A stretch of 64,000 nucleotides of DNA, taken from contig OX597835.1 in NCBI GenBank assembly GCA_951406725.2, forward strand, positions 62,001 to 126,000, given 5' to 3'. Position 1 is the first letter of the stretch. Every line of letters starts with the position of its first letter. Shown piece after piece: positions 40,500-53,660 of the stretch. The DNA comes from Octopus vulgaris (lineage: Eukaryota). The notes below the pieces were generated by a model that was not told the DNA's origin, did not search any database, and worked only from the letters and a program-made list of their open reading frames with translations. The position numbers and the translations under genes are program-made.

Positions 40500-41383
40500 G
40501 ACAGGCTTCTAGTTTCCGTCTACCAAATCCACTCACAAGGCTCTGGTCGGCCTGAGGCTCTAGTAGAAGACACTTGACCAAGGTGCCACGTAGTGGGACT
40601 GAACCCGTGGTTGGGAAGCAAGCTTTTTACCATGCAGCCACTCCTGAACAAAATTTTTTTAATAAATATGCGGAAAAATATGGACATCATGATTCGGACA
40701 AAAATTTCAAAACATTTCTGTACTTATGGTTACGGTTTTAGCGTTAGGGTTAGGGTTTTAGGGTTAGGGTCAGGGTTTTAGGGTTAGTGTTGGGGTAAAA
40801 AGTCAAAATTGAAGAAGTTGTGGTGGGGGATTTTCACAATGCCAACTTTTAGCACTTTTCCGGAACCTCCATATCTGAAAACAGGGATTTTTGGCAAAAA
40901 AAAAAAAAAATTACAAAAATAAACAACTTTGGGAGAAAATGGGGCAGTGGGGAGGAAGTCTTTCCCGGTCTGCTTACTAGACGCCTGAAATAAAATCTGA
41001 GCTGATTCTGATCATAGGATGTTTACTGGATCGAAGTTGTCAAAGGGCATATTTTGACTTATGACGAAATGGTCACGTTTGCAACGCGTGATGATTACGG
41101 ATGGCCCGCTTATATATAATAAAAAGACAGGCGCGAACGGTGCTACTTTAGCGTGCGGTATACCGCAGTATCCTGTCTACGCTGTAAAATTACTTTTAGC
41201 GTGCGGTCTACCTTTTCTTAGCCTTTTACACTTAAGCATGCGCAGCGCACATTATACCAGTCATTTACCATATTGGAAGACTTTCCTGTTAGAGATCACC
41301 AGCTTTAAAATCTCACACAAACTCAAATTACAGTGCAACCTGTTGATGTCTGTATAATGAAAAAAAAGAAAAAAACCCGTTAC

Positions 41384-41540
41384 CTTTCCAAATAGAACGC
41401 AAAGTTTGACACCTTTTTCGAGGAGAGCAAAATGTAGGCCTGTATTCTCCACTTCTGTCACATTTTCGTTTGTCTTGCATGATGCTACCACATCGATGAC
41501 AAGGTAGGATACTATAGTAGACCGCACACTAAAGTAGCAC
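41384..41540 (-). promoter_or_regulatory. Possible non-coding first exon / promoter region of the nucleoside hydrolase gene
   Basis: Minus-strand donor GGAAAG|gtaacg at 41383 in non-repetitive, relatively CpG-containing sequence (41050-41560). The ATG exon has its own acceptor, so an upstream exon is expected. Confidence 0.3.
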
Positions 41541-43900
41541 CAACGTGAACCTTGGTTTTAGAACGTATATGTGAGGGTTTGATAATAAAACCAAACTTAC
41601 ATGCAGCCACTAGGGAAGATGATATATAATAGTATTGGATAGCATATTCTATAAGTAGTGGATAGTCTTATGACACACATCACATACATCAACAGGTGAT
41701 CTGTAATGGATCGGCATTAAAAAAAAAAACACAAAACTAACAATCACTTGGCGGTGACAGCTGTATAAATAATATAAAATCCGATATAAATGTTGGTTGA
41801 TCGATTGGGTTCACTTCATGCCTTACATTGCATACAAAAGTGAAACATGTTCCTCTATCAGGGGTGCTACCCATCCCTGATAACCCATACACTTTGGTTC
41901 CACTCAGCACCTAAATCTCACCTGTAGCTTCAAGTAGCTGTTTGCAACGCCAGCCACACCCAGGCAAATTGCAAATTGCTTCACCAGGCAGGCTAAACCT
42001 GGTGAGGGGACCCAATGGGTAAGTAATTCTTGATGAGTTAGGGTTTGCTTACCTATGCATGTTAAGTCTGGTGGACTCTACGGAAGGAACCTTCATAGAT
42101 CAACTGAGAGGAAGGCGGTCGCAGCAAAGAGAAGCAAGACATCTTGGTCATTTGCTGCATCCATCTGCATTTCCAATCATCTTCACTTGGTTTTGACTTG
42201 GTTATTCCCATCAATATTTTGTATAAGTATCAGGATAATTATTTTGTGTATGCCGTCATCAACCTTGCACATGTTCAGTGCAAGGTTATATTGAGAATGA
42301 CACCTGCCTTTTCAATGTAACCTGGTCAAAGCATTCGCTGGAGCTCGGCGCAGTCCTCTGGCTTATGCCAAGCAGCAGCAGCAGCAATGCAATTTCACCG
42401 TTTCCAAATCAGCAGACTAATAGTTAGAAACAGGAACCATTCATCTTTTTTTTCCAGAGATGTTTTCATAGTTCCAGTCTAACTCAGTCTTCTGACTGGA
42501 AATGCTGGTACCACCATCATAAGTTTGGTAGCCAATGAATCTAACAATGTTCCTTCTCTCAAAGCTTCGTGTCTCATGAAAGATACAATGAAAAGATACA
42601 GTAATTTACGGAAACCGATTTATCTGGATCAGCCTGTTGTCCTTTCCCAAATAAGTAGCCAAACTATTGGCATTTGTATTCTTGTGGGCACTAGAGCAAA
42701 AATGCACAACATGCCATTTGCCAGTTTCTACAAGGTGGTGCACGAAAATTAGCCAGGATTCTGTAACATAGTATAAAAATAAAAATAAATTTTCACACAA
42801 GAGTGGCTGTGTGGTAAGTAGCTTGCTTACCAACCACATGGCTCTGGGTTCAGTCCCACTGTGTGGCACCATGGGCAAGTGTCTTCTACTATAGCCTCGG
42901 GCTGGCCAAAGCCTTGTGAATGGATTTGGTAGACGGAAACTGAAAGAAGCCCATTGTATATATGTATATATGTGTGTGTTTGTCCCTCCAACATAGCTTG
43001 ACAACCAATGCTGGTGTGTTTACATCCCCATAAATTAGTGGTTCGGCAAGAGAGACCGATAGAATAAGTACTAGGCTTACAAAGAATAAGTCCTGGGGTT
43101 GATTTGCTCGACTAAAGGCAGTGCTCCAGCATAGTCGCAGTCAAATGACTGAAACAAATAAAAGAGTATGCTGTTTAGGGTTTAAGACAGAAATTTAAGT
43201 AAAGAAATGTAATACTATCAATGTCTAAGATGTACATATATTTCATATAACATGAAAACTGTAAGCGTATTTTACATTAAAAAAAAAACAATCACATTCC
43301 TGTGTTGACTAAAGTATGTTGGAACAATATACCTCATCTGCTATTTCTGAAGTACTTAAGATATCACTAGAAAGTATTATACAAGTGCCTGTGGGTGCGG
43401 CATAAAGCGGAAGTTTTATTAATAAAGTTAAGGGATTTCACAAGTTCTCTTTATGTTCTCAGATTGAAATCATGAGTTGTCACTCTCATTATTTCATGTC
43501 AATTTACTATGTTCTTAAATCCCAACACATTCCTTTGACTCTTGCTAGCACAGAAAAACAGATAAATAATTTGGTCTGGAAAAACCTAGCATACAGACAA
43601 AGCTATAAATTTCATTCAAATTAAATTTTTTTCATGTTTCATCAACATCTATGTTGCCCAATGTGATCTGGTTTCATAGACACAATTCTACTCTGTTGCC
43701 ATGGAAATGTGTCAATGAACAAGAGCCTACTGCGAGACAGAAATTCTGACAAAAGATAAAAACAAATTTAAGACAATTTAATAGATTCACATATTAATAA
43801 ATGTCAAAATTAAAAGACTTTTAAAATGAGTTATTCTCATTGTTATCTCTGTTTAATTTCTTTTAATTCTTTTACATAACACTTGGTGATTTATTTCCAT

Positions 43901-43932
<32 letters not shown>

Positions 43933-44049
43933 TGTATGTATATATGTATGCATACGCTTTTATATTGTGTGGTTTGTCACTATTATGTATGCATGTGTAT
44001 GTGATGCATATGTTACGTATATATGTGTGCGTGAAAATATACATACACA

Positions 44050-44096
<47 letters not shown>

Positions 44097-44279
44097 TTGT
44101 TTCAGTCATTTGACTGTGGCCATGCTGGAGCACCGCCTTTAGTCAAACAAATCGACCCCAGGACTTATTCTTTGTAAGCTGGTACTTATTCTATCTTTTT
44201 GCTGAAGCGCTAATTTACGGTGATGTAAATACACCAGCATCGGTTGTCAAGCGATGGTGAGGAGACAAACATAGACACA

Positions 44280-45272
<993 letters not shown>

Positions 45273-45621
45273 CAGGCTTCTTTCAGTTCCAGTCTACCAA
45301 ATCCACTTACAAGGCTTTGGTTGGTCTGAGGCTATAGTAGAAGATACTTGCCCAAGGTGTCACACAGTTGGACTGAAACTGTAACCATGTGGTTGGTAAA
45401 CAAGCTACTTACCATTCAGCCACTCCTGTGCTTATGAATATATATATATAGGTGCAGGAGTGGCTGTGTGGTAAGTAGCTTGTTTACCAACCATATGGTT
45501 CTGGGTTCAGTCCCACTGCGTGGCACCTTGGGCAAGTGTTTTCTACTATAGCCTTGGGCTGACCAAAGCCTTGTGAGTGGATTTGGTAGACAGAAACTGA
45601 AAGAAGCCTGTCGTATATATG

Positions 45622-45652
<31 letters not shown>

Positions 45653-45857
45653 GTGTTTGTATGTCTGTGTTTGTCCCCCTAGCATTGGTTGACAACCGAT
45701 GCTGGTGTGTTTATGTCCCCGTTACTTAGCGGTTCAGCAAAAGAGACCGATAGAATAAGTACTGGGCTTACAAAAGAATAAGTCCCGGGGTCGAGTTGCT
45801 TGATTAAAGGCGGTGCTCCAGCATGGCTGCAGTCAAATGACTGAAACAAATAAAAGA

Positions 45858-45904
<47 letters not shown>

Positions 45905-47519
45905 CTGTAATGTGCAGTGTTATATATATCCATCATGGTTGATCTTACCAATCAGTCTTGCACTAGGAATACAACAGAGTTTTAGGTAACAATCCAATTA
46001 AATAACCTAACACTCATCAGAGTTAGCCGATCTGGAAGAAATATGGTGATTCTTATATATATCAGGTCAAGTTCTGTCCGTTTTACCTTTGAAAGAAATT
46101 TAATAGCATTTTAGAATGTCTAATGGAATTTAAAATTATTTTTATGCATTTGTGTACATTTAAACTAATTAAATATTATTTTACAGAATAATAGAATTAA
46201 AATTTCTACGTTACAATTGTGAGCTGAATACACTAACTATGAAGTCACACACCTTCACTAAAATTGATTGCATTGTGTCAGGAACAAGGTCAGAGGTATA
46301 TGGCGGTGGAAATATTGGTAGACAAACATTAGTAGCAGGGGCTGCCATTACTAGAATGAGAGGCTATACAGGAAAGAGTGACAGTAAAAGGCATGTTCAG
46401 AAGAAAACAAGGTGGTATGGGGTAATATTGAGATTGCAGGAGACAAAGGAAGTGGTTTAAGGGTGGGTGAGTGGGAGCATAAAAGGGTTCTAATTTACCA
46501 CTTGGGCTTAGAGACCTGTCATTTCCAAGTCAGGCAATTTAAAGTTTCAAAATCCCGAAATAATAAGTTACTATTCATATGTGTATACAAGAGCTGCTGC
46601 TAGGGCTCAATTTAAAGAAGGAATAAAAGTTTTGGCTTACTTAAGAATCAGTTGGTTTGAGGCTATGGAAGAAGCAAAAAAGATACTTTCCCAAGATGCT
46701 GTTCAATAGAATGCAACCTATGACAAAGTAGCAAAGTGAACTTCTTAATCACAGCTATATTTCTCACCATAAAACATTAAATAATTAACTATTTATCAGT
46801 TAATAGGATAAAATAAATGTTTTCATTTATATATAAAGAATTGATGTATAAATATCAAAATCTTATCCATGGTAATTAACAGCTCAAATAATAACACATC
46901 TTTAAACTCCAATATATTATTATAATGCAGTAAATGAAGATGGAACAAACTTGCCTATGTATCCACAATTGGCTAGAACAATCTTTAAGAGCAACATATT
47001 AAGAATAAAAAGCAGAAAAGCATAAATTTCACATATAGCTCATCATTTGTGCTCAACAGCTGTTTCATAACCAATAAACATCATTATATAATTACTTTAT
47101 TAAATCACTGATAGTTTCTTGAGTATCATTTTTCTCCTGAAGATTTGGTTAAACATCACTTTTAAATTAATTGATGAGTATTTTAATTAACAATGTATCT
47201 TAATTATGTGTATTCTTGTATGTGAGATATGGTTTCATATTCTTTTTTCTTTTATTCTTTTATTTGTTTCAGTCATTTGACTACGGCCATGCTGGAGCAC
47301 TGCCTTTAGTCGAGCAAATCGACCTCAGGACTTATTCTTACGCCCTGGTAACTTATTCTATTGGTCTCTCTTGCCGAACTGCTAAGTTACCGGGGCATAA
47401 ACACACTAGCATCGGTTGTCAAGCAATGTTGGGGGGACAAACACAGACACACAAACATACACATACACACACACACACATACATACATGATGGAATGCTG
47501 CGTCACGACCAGGATATTC

Positions 47520-47900
47520 CTTTCTACTCTATGCACAAGGCCTGAAATTTTGGGGAAGGGGCCAGTCGATTAGATAGACCCAGCACACAATTGGTACTTA
47601 ATTTATCGACCCCAAAAGGATGAAAGATAAAGTCAACCTCAGTGGAATTTGAACTCAGAACATAAGGCAGACGAAATACCTATTTCTTTACTACCCACAA
47701 GGGGCTAAACAGGTAGGACAAACAAACGGATTAAGTCGATTATATCGACTCCAGTGCGTAACTGGTACTTATTTAATCGACCCCGAAAGAATGAAAGGCA
47801 AAGTCGACCTCTGCGGAATTTGAACTCAGAACGTAGCGGCAGACAAATTACTGTTAAGCATTTCGCCCGGCGTGCTAACGTTTCTGCCAGCTCGCCGCCT
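47520..47900 (-). mobile_element. Tandem tRNA-derived SINE family B (Meta-domain-like); other copies ~26480-26660, 38765-38960, 60920-61360, 61370-61575
   Basis: Head GGCGGCGAGCTGGCAGAAACGTTAGCAC...GAGTTCAAATTC, central GTCGACTTTGCCTTTCAT.CTTTCGGGGTCGAT.AAATAAGTACC. Confidence 0.8.
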
Positions 47901-50900
47901 TGACGTCCTGGATATTCAATGGGTGATTAGCTCTTCCTATGACGAAGAGGAGGAGAAAGGCGGCCCCATGACCTTTAAGGGAACGTCGCCCCCTCTCGCA
48001 GGTAGATGGACGACTACGAGGCAGAACAGGAGAGCAGTGATCTTCAGATCAGGGGGAGGCGCGTGGTGGAAGGAAAACCGAAAGGAGGGAGAGATGACGT
48101 CACGTCGGTGAGTGAGAAGGAAATATTCCCTCTTTTTCATGCTATCTGCGGCAGAGTCGAGACGTGGTGTTAGAGAAGTCTTGACAAAACGTGTTAAGAA
48201 TTGAACAATCTGCCTGTGGTACCAGATTTGCAAGTCGTGGTAAGATCCACGACATTATTTATGTGCTTTCAAACTACAAAAAGGCCAAAGACTGGCACGA
48301 CGATATGAAAATGTGTCTAACCCTAACAGCAAGGAGAACATGAGCGTTACAGCAATTACGTACTCCTGAAAAAACCTTCTGACATAAACTTTAAAAATAC
48401 AATAAACACTGTGTAAACTTTTTAGCGAGAAAAATTCGTTGTTCAATACATGCTGGAAATGTTTGAACCTAGAAAGGAACAACGAGGAGGACTACATCAC
48501 ATATTCTGGTAGAGTTAACAGAGAATTCGGAAAGTTAAAACTGGACGAATTAACGCCAATTATATTCAAGTGTCTGATATTTACTCGGGACTAATTGCAG
48601 AAAAGGATGCAGAAGTACGAACAAGAATTCTCGCCAAGCTGGAACAAAGCCAAGCTGTAACCTAACTACAAGTGTCAGAAAAGTGTGAAAGAATTGTAAA
48701 TTTTAAGACACGAACAGAGAAAATTGAACATAAAGATTGCTTCCAAGTGAAACAGGTAAATTTTCAGAAAATAGAATCAACAAGATGCCATCGAAAGAAA
48801 ATGGTAATGTGAGAGAGGAAATTCGTAAATGGGAAAATTGAAAATATAAGAGTAAAAATGTAGTTGGATACTGGAAGTGATTTTACCATTCTGAATGAAG
48901 AATCATGGAAGCATATTGGTAAGCCAAAATTAAGTTAATCTATAAAAGTAGCGCATGGTGTTATTGGTAAAAGATTGTATTTTGTTGGTGAATTTGTGTG
49001 TTACGTGATATTTCGTTGTTTTTTTAATTATTACCCACAAGGGGCTAAATATAGAGATTTATACAATACATAAGACAATACAAAACATAAAATCAGGGAA
49101 ATAAAAGTACAAAAAGGAAATCGAGCAAGGAGGAAAAAAAAACCGAATGAAATTATGAATAATGATAAATGAGGTGCAATGTCCACTTGACTTCCGAAGT
49201 CGAGTGGTTACATTGGTAAGCCAAAATTAAGTTAATCTATAAAAGTAGCGCATGGTAAAAGATTGTATTTTGTTGGTGAATTTGTGTGTTACGTGATATT
49301 TACATTTAGACATGATTTTGGACAGTTTTTCCTCCTTTTTTTTTCCAAAACAAAAAGTTCACATTTTCATCTTCATCATTGTGTTATAATGTTCATATTA
49401 CGTTTAATATCATTTCTATAAAATTTTCAAACTCTGCATGTTCCACACCGACCCGTCAATCACTGTCCTCTGTTCCCGATAAGAATCCATGAACACCTCG
49501 GATCTCACGTCTTTCAACAGAACACATCTTTGACACTCTTTGAATTCCTCCCTGGGCAGCTTCACCCTTATCAAACCTTTCCACCTCCACACTCTTTATG
49601 TAGTAGATTAAGAATCCCTTACATTTATATTCATATTCTTACTCTTTTGGTTCTGTCTGGACTATATGCGTATGCTCGAGTTTAGACGGCTCTCTACCTT
49701 TTGGGGGCATCCTCTCCGTTTCTGGTCCCTGCAATATTCCTTTGACTTTACCTTCTTTCTCTTTTTGGAGCTGACAAACCCATCACTCACCTCCTTTGCT
49801 GCTTTCATTCTGTCTTCCTTAGACTTTTCTTCCTCTCTTGTGTCTCTGACCCATTTTGCATCTCTTTTGTCCTCTCTGTCTTTCTTTGTTTCAATTTTTT
49901 CTTCCTTCTCCATTGGTCTTTTCCCGCTACCTTCTCACTCTGTGTATGTTCATGCTTGGGGCATTGTGTCCTCATATGACCTGTTACTCCACATATGTAA
50001 CAATTGGGTCGATGATCCTCCACAATAACTTTAAGCGAACTTTCCTCTGCAAGCTCTATCTGCTAGGGGATTCTCTCAATGTCTACAAAGGTACGACTTG
50101 GGCGTATATTTGTATTTTAAGGCTGAATACATATCAAAGAAAATGAAATAATATTTTTCGAACAAAGTAAATAATTTTTTAAACTAAGTAAATAAATTAT
50201 TTTTATAAACAAACTAAGGTTAGGGTTAAAAAATTAGGTTTAGGGTTAGAGTTAGGGTTAAAAAGTCGTTGTAGGATCGACTACTTACGACTAGCTAGCG
50301 CGGATGCGCGAGTGCGCGTACCGGGATCACTGTTTGCTAGTATTACCGTCTTCAAAGGTGGCAAAAAGTCACATCTCAACACTAAATCCCCATCAGTTTA
50401 ACATGTTTGATTTGTGTGTAACGTGACATTTCGTGACCAAATGAAAACGGCAAAAATAAACGTGTTAAAAAATTCAGTAAATCTATTCGGCACAGAATGA
50501 ATGGAACTGTTTAAATTGTGGAATGCGCCCATAAGTGTTTTGTGTGAAAATACAGTCGGTTCAGTCGAAGGTCCCGGAGAGACTAAAATGGAAAATAACA
50601 GATGTTTTCTTGGACGAACTGGGCTGCTGCACGAAAACGAAGGCAAAAATTATAGTAAAATAAAGTGCGACACCCGTATTTAAGCCAAAACGGAATGTAC
50701 TGTTCACGGCACTAGAACAGGTAAATAAGGAACTTGAAAGCCTTGGAATAATCGAGAAGTCGGACCACTCAGATTGGGCAGCACCTAGGGTCTATGTAAA
50801 AAAGAAAAATATGCTGAGAGTTTGTGGAGATTTTTCAATGGGGTTGAATGATTGCTTAATCTCACATAACTTCCCGTTGCCAAGTCCAAACTAAAATGGA

Positions 50901-51340
50901 GGGAAATTCTTCTCAAAATTAGACCTCTCGGAGGCATATCTACAAATTCAAGTAGAAGAAGAATGCTCAAACTTATTAACCATTAATACACACCGTGACT
51001 TCTTTAAATTTAAGTGGCTTCCCTTCAGTGCAAAAGTGACCCCTTCTATATTTCAGCAAGTAATGAATACAATGCTGGATGACTGTGATTTTGCTATCGC
51101 CTGTTTAGACGACATCCTACTAAAAAGCGAATCACATGAACATGTAGAACACATAAAGAGGGTATTCGAAAAGATAAGATAAAATTAAATACTTGGGCCA
51201 GATAAGAGATAAAAACGGACGGAAATCGCTTCCATCCAGATCAACTGCGATAAAAAAAATATGCCCACGCCGAATAATGTGACTATGCTACAAGTATTCT
51301 TGAGTTTAGTAAATTACTACCAAATTTATATTCCCAATAC
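47901..51340 (+). mobile_element. Gypsy-type LTR retrotransposon relic (gag, protease, RT) interrupted by insertions at 49015-50347
   Basis: Protease LDTGSDFTILNEESWKHIGKP (~48865); RT LESLGIIEK..SDWAAP...LRVCGDF, KLDLSEAYLQI, INTH..F.F..LPF, IFQQVM, CLDDIL (50730-51120); many stops and frameshifts. Confidence 0.85.
49400..50100 (-). mobile_element. Retroelement ORF1 fragment with CCHC zinc knuckle (L1/Tx1-like)
   Basis: RPNCYICGVTGHMRTQCPK followed by a K/E-rich low-complexity tract. Confidence 0.55.
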
Positions 51341-51619
51341 CGTAAATCCTCGAGTATAATCCGCATTTTCCCCCAAAAATTTAAAGGTCAAAATCCCTAG
51401 TGCGTACTATGTACGAGGTTAAAAATGAAAATTATTTTCTAAGCAATGTCCGAGTCTCTATTTGCTATCTGGCAATGTTTATTCAGACGTATTTTGTGAT
51501 GTCGGGTGCGAAAATACCTTAAGCTAAACCTGAAAGCAATGAAGTCATAAAAGAATCATCCATAACTTGCAGTAAGCAACATTTACTAAACGTTATTACT
51601 GTTATTACTATTATATCTG

Positions 51620-52060
51620 TATAGGACCTGTACAGCTCTTATCAACCATTTGTCAATCGCCAGTTTTCACATCATCCACCAGATAAGGGATTGGTGGACC
51701 TTGTCAAAGGCTTTCTCTAAGTCCACAAAAGCCAAATATAGGGGTTTATCTTTGGCTAGGTATTTCTCCTGCAGTTGCCGTAACAGGAATATAGCATCAG
51801 TGATGCTTCTACCTGGTACAAAACCAAACTGCATCTCATCTAAGCGGACTCTCTCCCTAATTATTTGGGTTATGATCCACTCCATAACCTTCATCACCTG
51901 ATCCAGCAGTTTGATACCCCTGTAGTTATTTCTGTCTAAAGCATCACCTTTACCATTGTAACAGTTGACTAAGGTGCTTCTACGCCAGTCATTGGGTATG
52001 ACTCCATCATGAACTACCTGCTTTACAATACGGGTCACTAGGCCATAGCCAACACTACCA
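51620..52060 (-). mobile_element. RTE-clade LINE RT fragment
   Basis: KGDALDRNNYRGIKLLDQVMK...QFGFVPGRSITDAIFLLRQLQEKY...FVDLEKAFDKV. Confidence 0.9.
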
Positions 52061-52639
52061 TATATATATATATATATATATATATACTTTAACTACAATG
52101 AGAGGTTGGTGTTGCTGAGAGAGAAATACAGCAAGAGAGGGAAAGAGAGTGTGTATGTGTGAAATATAATAGATGTCGCTATACTAGTTTAGCAAGCTTT
52201 TATTGAAAGCAGGAATAAGAGATACAAGATACAGTGTACTTGTATCTAAAAAAAGATTGAATGCCGAATAAATGGGGGTACACTGTATGTGTGTGTGTGA
52301 AGTAGACCATTGTAAAAAGAAGTTGCTGTCATTGTCTATCTGATACTCTACAAATTCAGTTACGTAGCCTTTCTGCTCAATGCTTATCAGCTGAAACAAT
52401 TATCTACAAGATCAAAAGGCTTTGTCATACTGAATCCCCTCTCAAATTCTCACACTTATTGCAGCGGTGATTCAGTTTTTCTAAGCCCTGTAAAAGAACT
52501 TGGAAGGTTAGATCTCCAACTAGGCCCTTTGTGATACTGTTAAAGGCAGGAACTTTTCAGCAACCCGTCATAACTATGTATATAAGTGTGCAGCTGACCC
52601 ACCTTGAATGACAACCTATTGAATGAGACTGTTGTATCA

Positions 52640-53660
52640 GATCCATTTCAAAGCACCAGAGATTTGGCGCGAAAATTTAATGTGTCGTGTTCAACTATCC
52701 ATGAACATCTCAAGTAAATTGGGAGAACATGCAAAGAGGGAATTTGGATTCCACATGAACGTGGCCGATGCCAGAGCTGCTTTGACTGGCTTCCGTGCCA
52801 GTGGCACGTAAAAAGCACCACCTGAACGTGGCCGATGCCAGAGCTGCTTTGACTGGCTTCCATGCTGGTGGCACGTAAAAAGCACCAACCAATTGTGGCT
52901 GCTGCCAGCCTCCCCTGGCACCTGTGCCAGTGACACGTAAAAAGCCCCCACTACACTCATGGAGTGGTTGGCGTTAGGAAGGGCATCCAGCTGTAGAAAC
53001 ACTGCCAGATCAGACTGGAGCCTGGTGCAGCCTCCTGGCTTCCCAGATCCTGGTCGAACCGTCCAACCCATGCTAGCATGGAAAACGGACATTAAACGAT
53101 GATGATGATGAACTTACGCTTGAGAACTGAACCATCTGCAGCAGTTTGCTAGCCAGGAATAACAACCTGTCATTGCTGTAGCATATTGTTATAGGTGATG
53201 AAAAATGAGTTTTGCATCACAACAGAAAACGAAAACGACAATGGTTATCATGTAACGAGAGGCCACTGCCAATGCCAAAACCAGAACTCCATCCACAAAA
53301 GTCCTTGCTCTGTGTTTTGTGGAACATGAAAGGTATCATCCATTATGAGCTACTGGAATATGGAAGGACAATCAATGCAGATGTCTATTGTTAACAACTT
53401 GATCGTCTAAATGAAAACTTACAATGAAAATGGCCAGCTTTGGTAATCAGAAAAGGTGCTTTTCTCCAGCATGAAAATGCACGTCCACACTCTTCAAAAC
53501 AAACTCTACGGATTTCTATCACTGGAACATTTTATACGAGGCAAAACATTCAGAAATAGGGAGGAAGTTGAAAATAGCCTAACCGACATTTTTCAGGAAA
53601 TGAAATAGGATTCTTTGAACATGGTATAAAAAAGTTACTTTCCCATTGGGCTGAAGCAAG
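52640..53660 (+). mobile_element. Mariner transposase pseudogene split by a family-C insertion
   Basis: LARKFNVSCSTIHEHL..IG...GIWIPHE|insert|LT..., IVIGDEK, WNMKGIIHYELL..G.TINADVYC.QL, QHENARPH. Confidence 0.85.

Noticed and set aside
41975-42015. Hairpin CTTCACCAGG-caggctaaa-CCTGGTGAGG, possible HDV-like ribozyme from an RTE 5'UTR
   Set aside because: Could not assemble the nested double pseudoknot by eye.
42606-42760. Minus-strand acceptor plus short open frame (WLIFVHHLVETGKWH...)
   Set aside because: No recognisable domain and an early stop; cannot be supported as coding.
47820-47900. tRNA-like heads with A/B boxes
   Set aside because: They continue directly into SINE bodies and give no convincing cloverleaf; SINEs, not tRNA genes.
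53212-53394. SETMAR-like ORF
   Set aside because: Fragment of a decayed mariner transposase; no SET domain, multiple stops.
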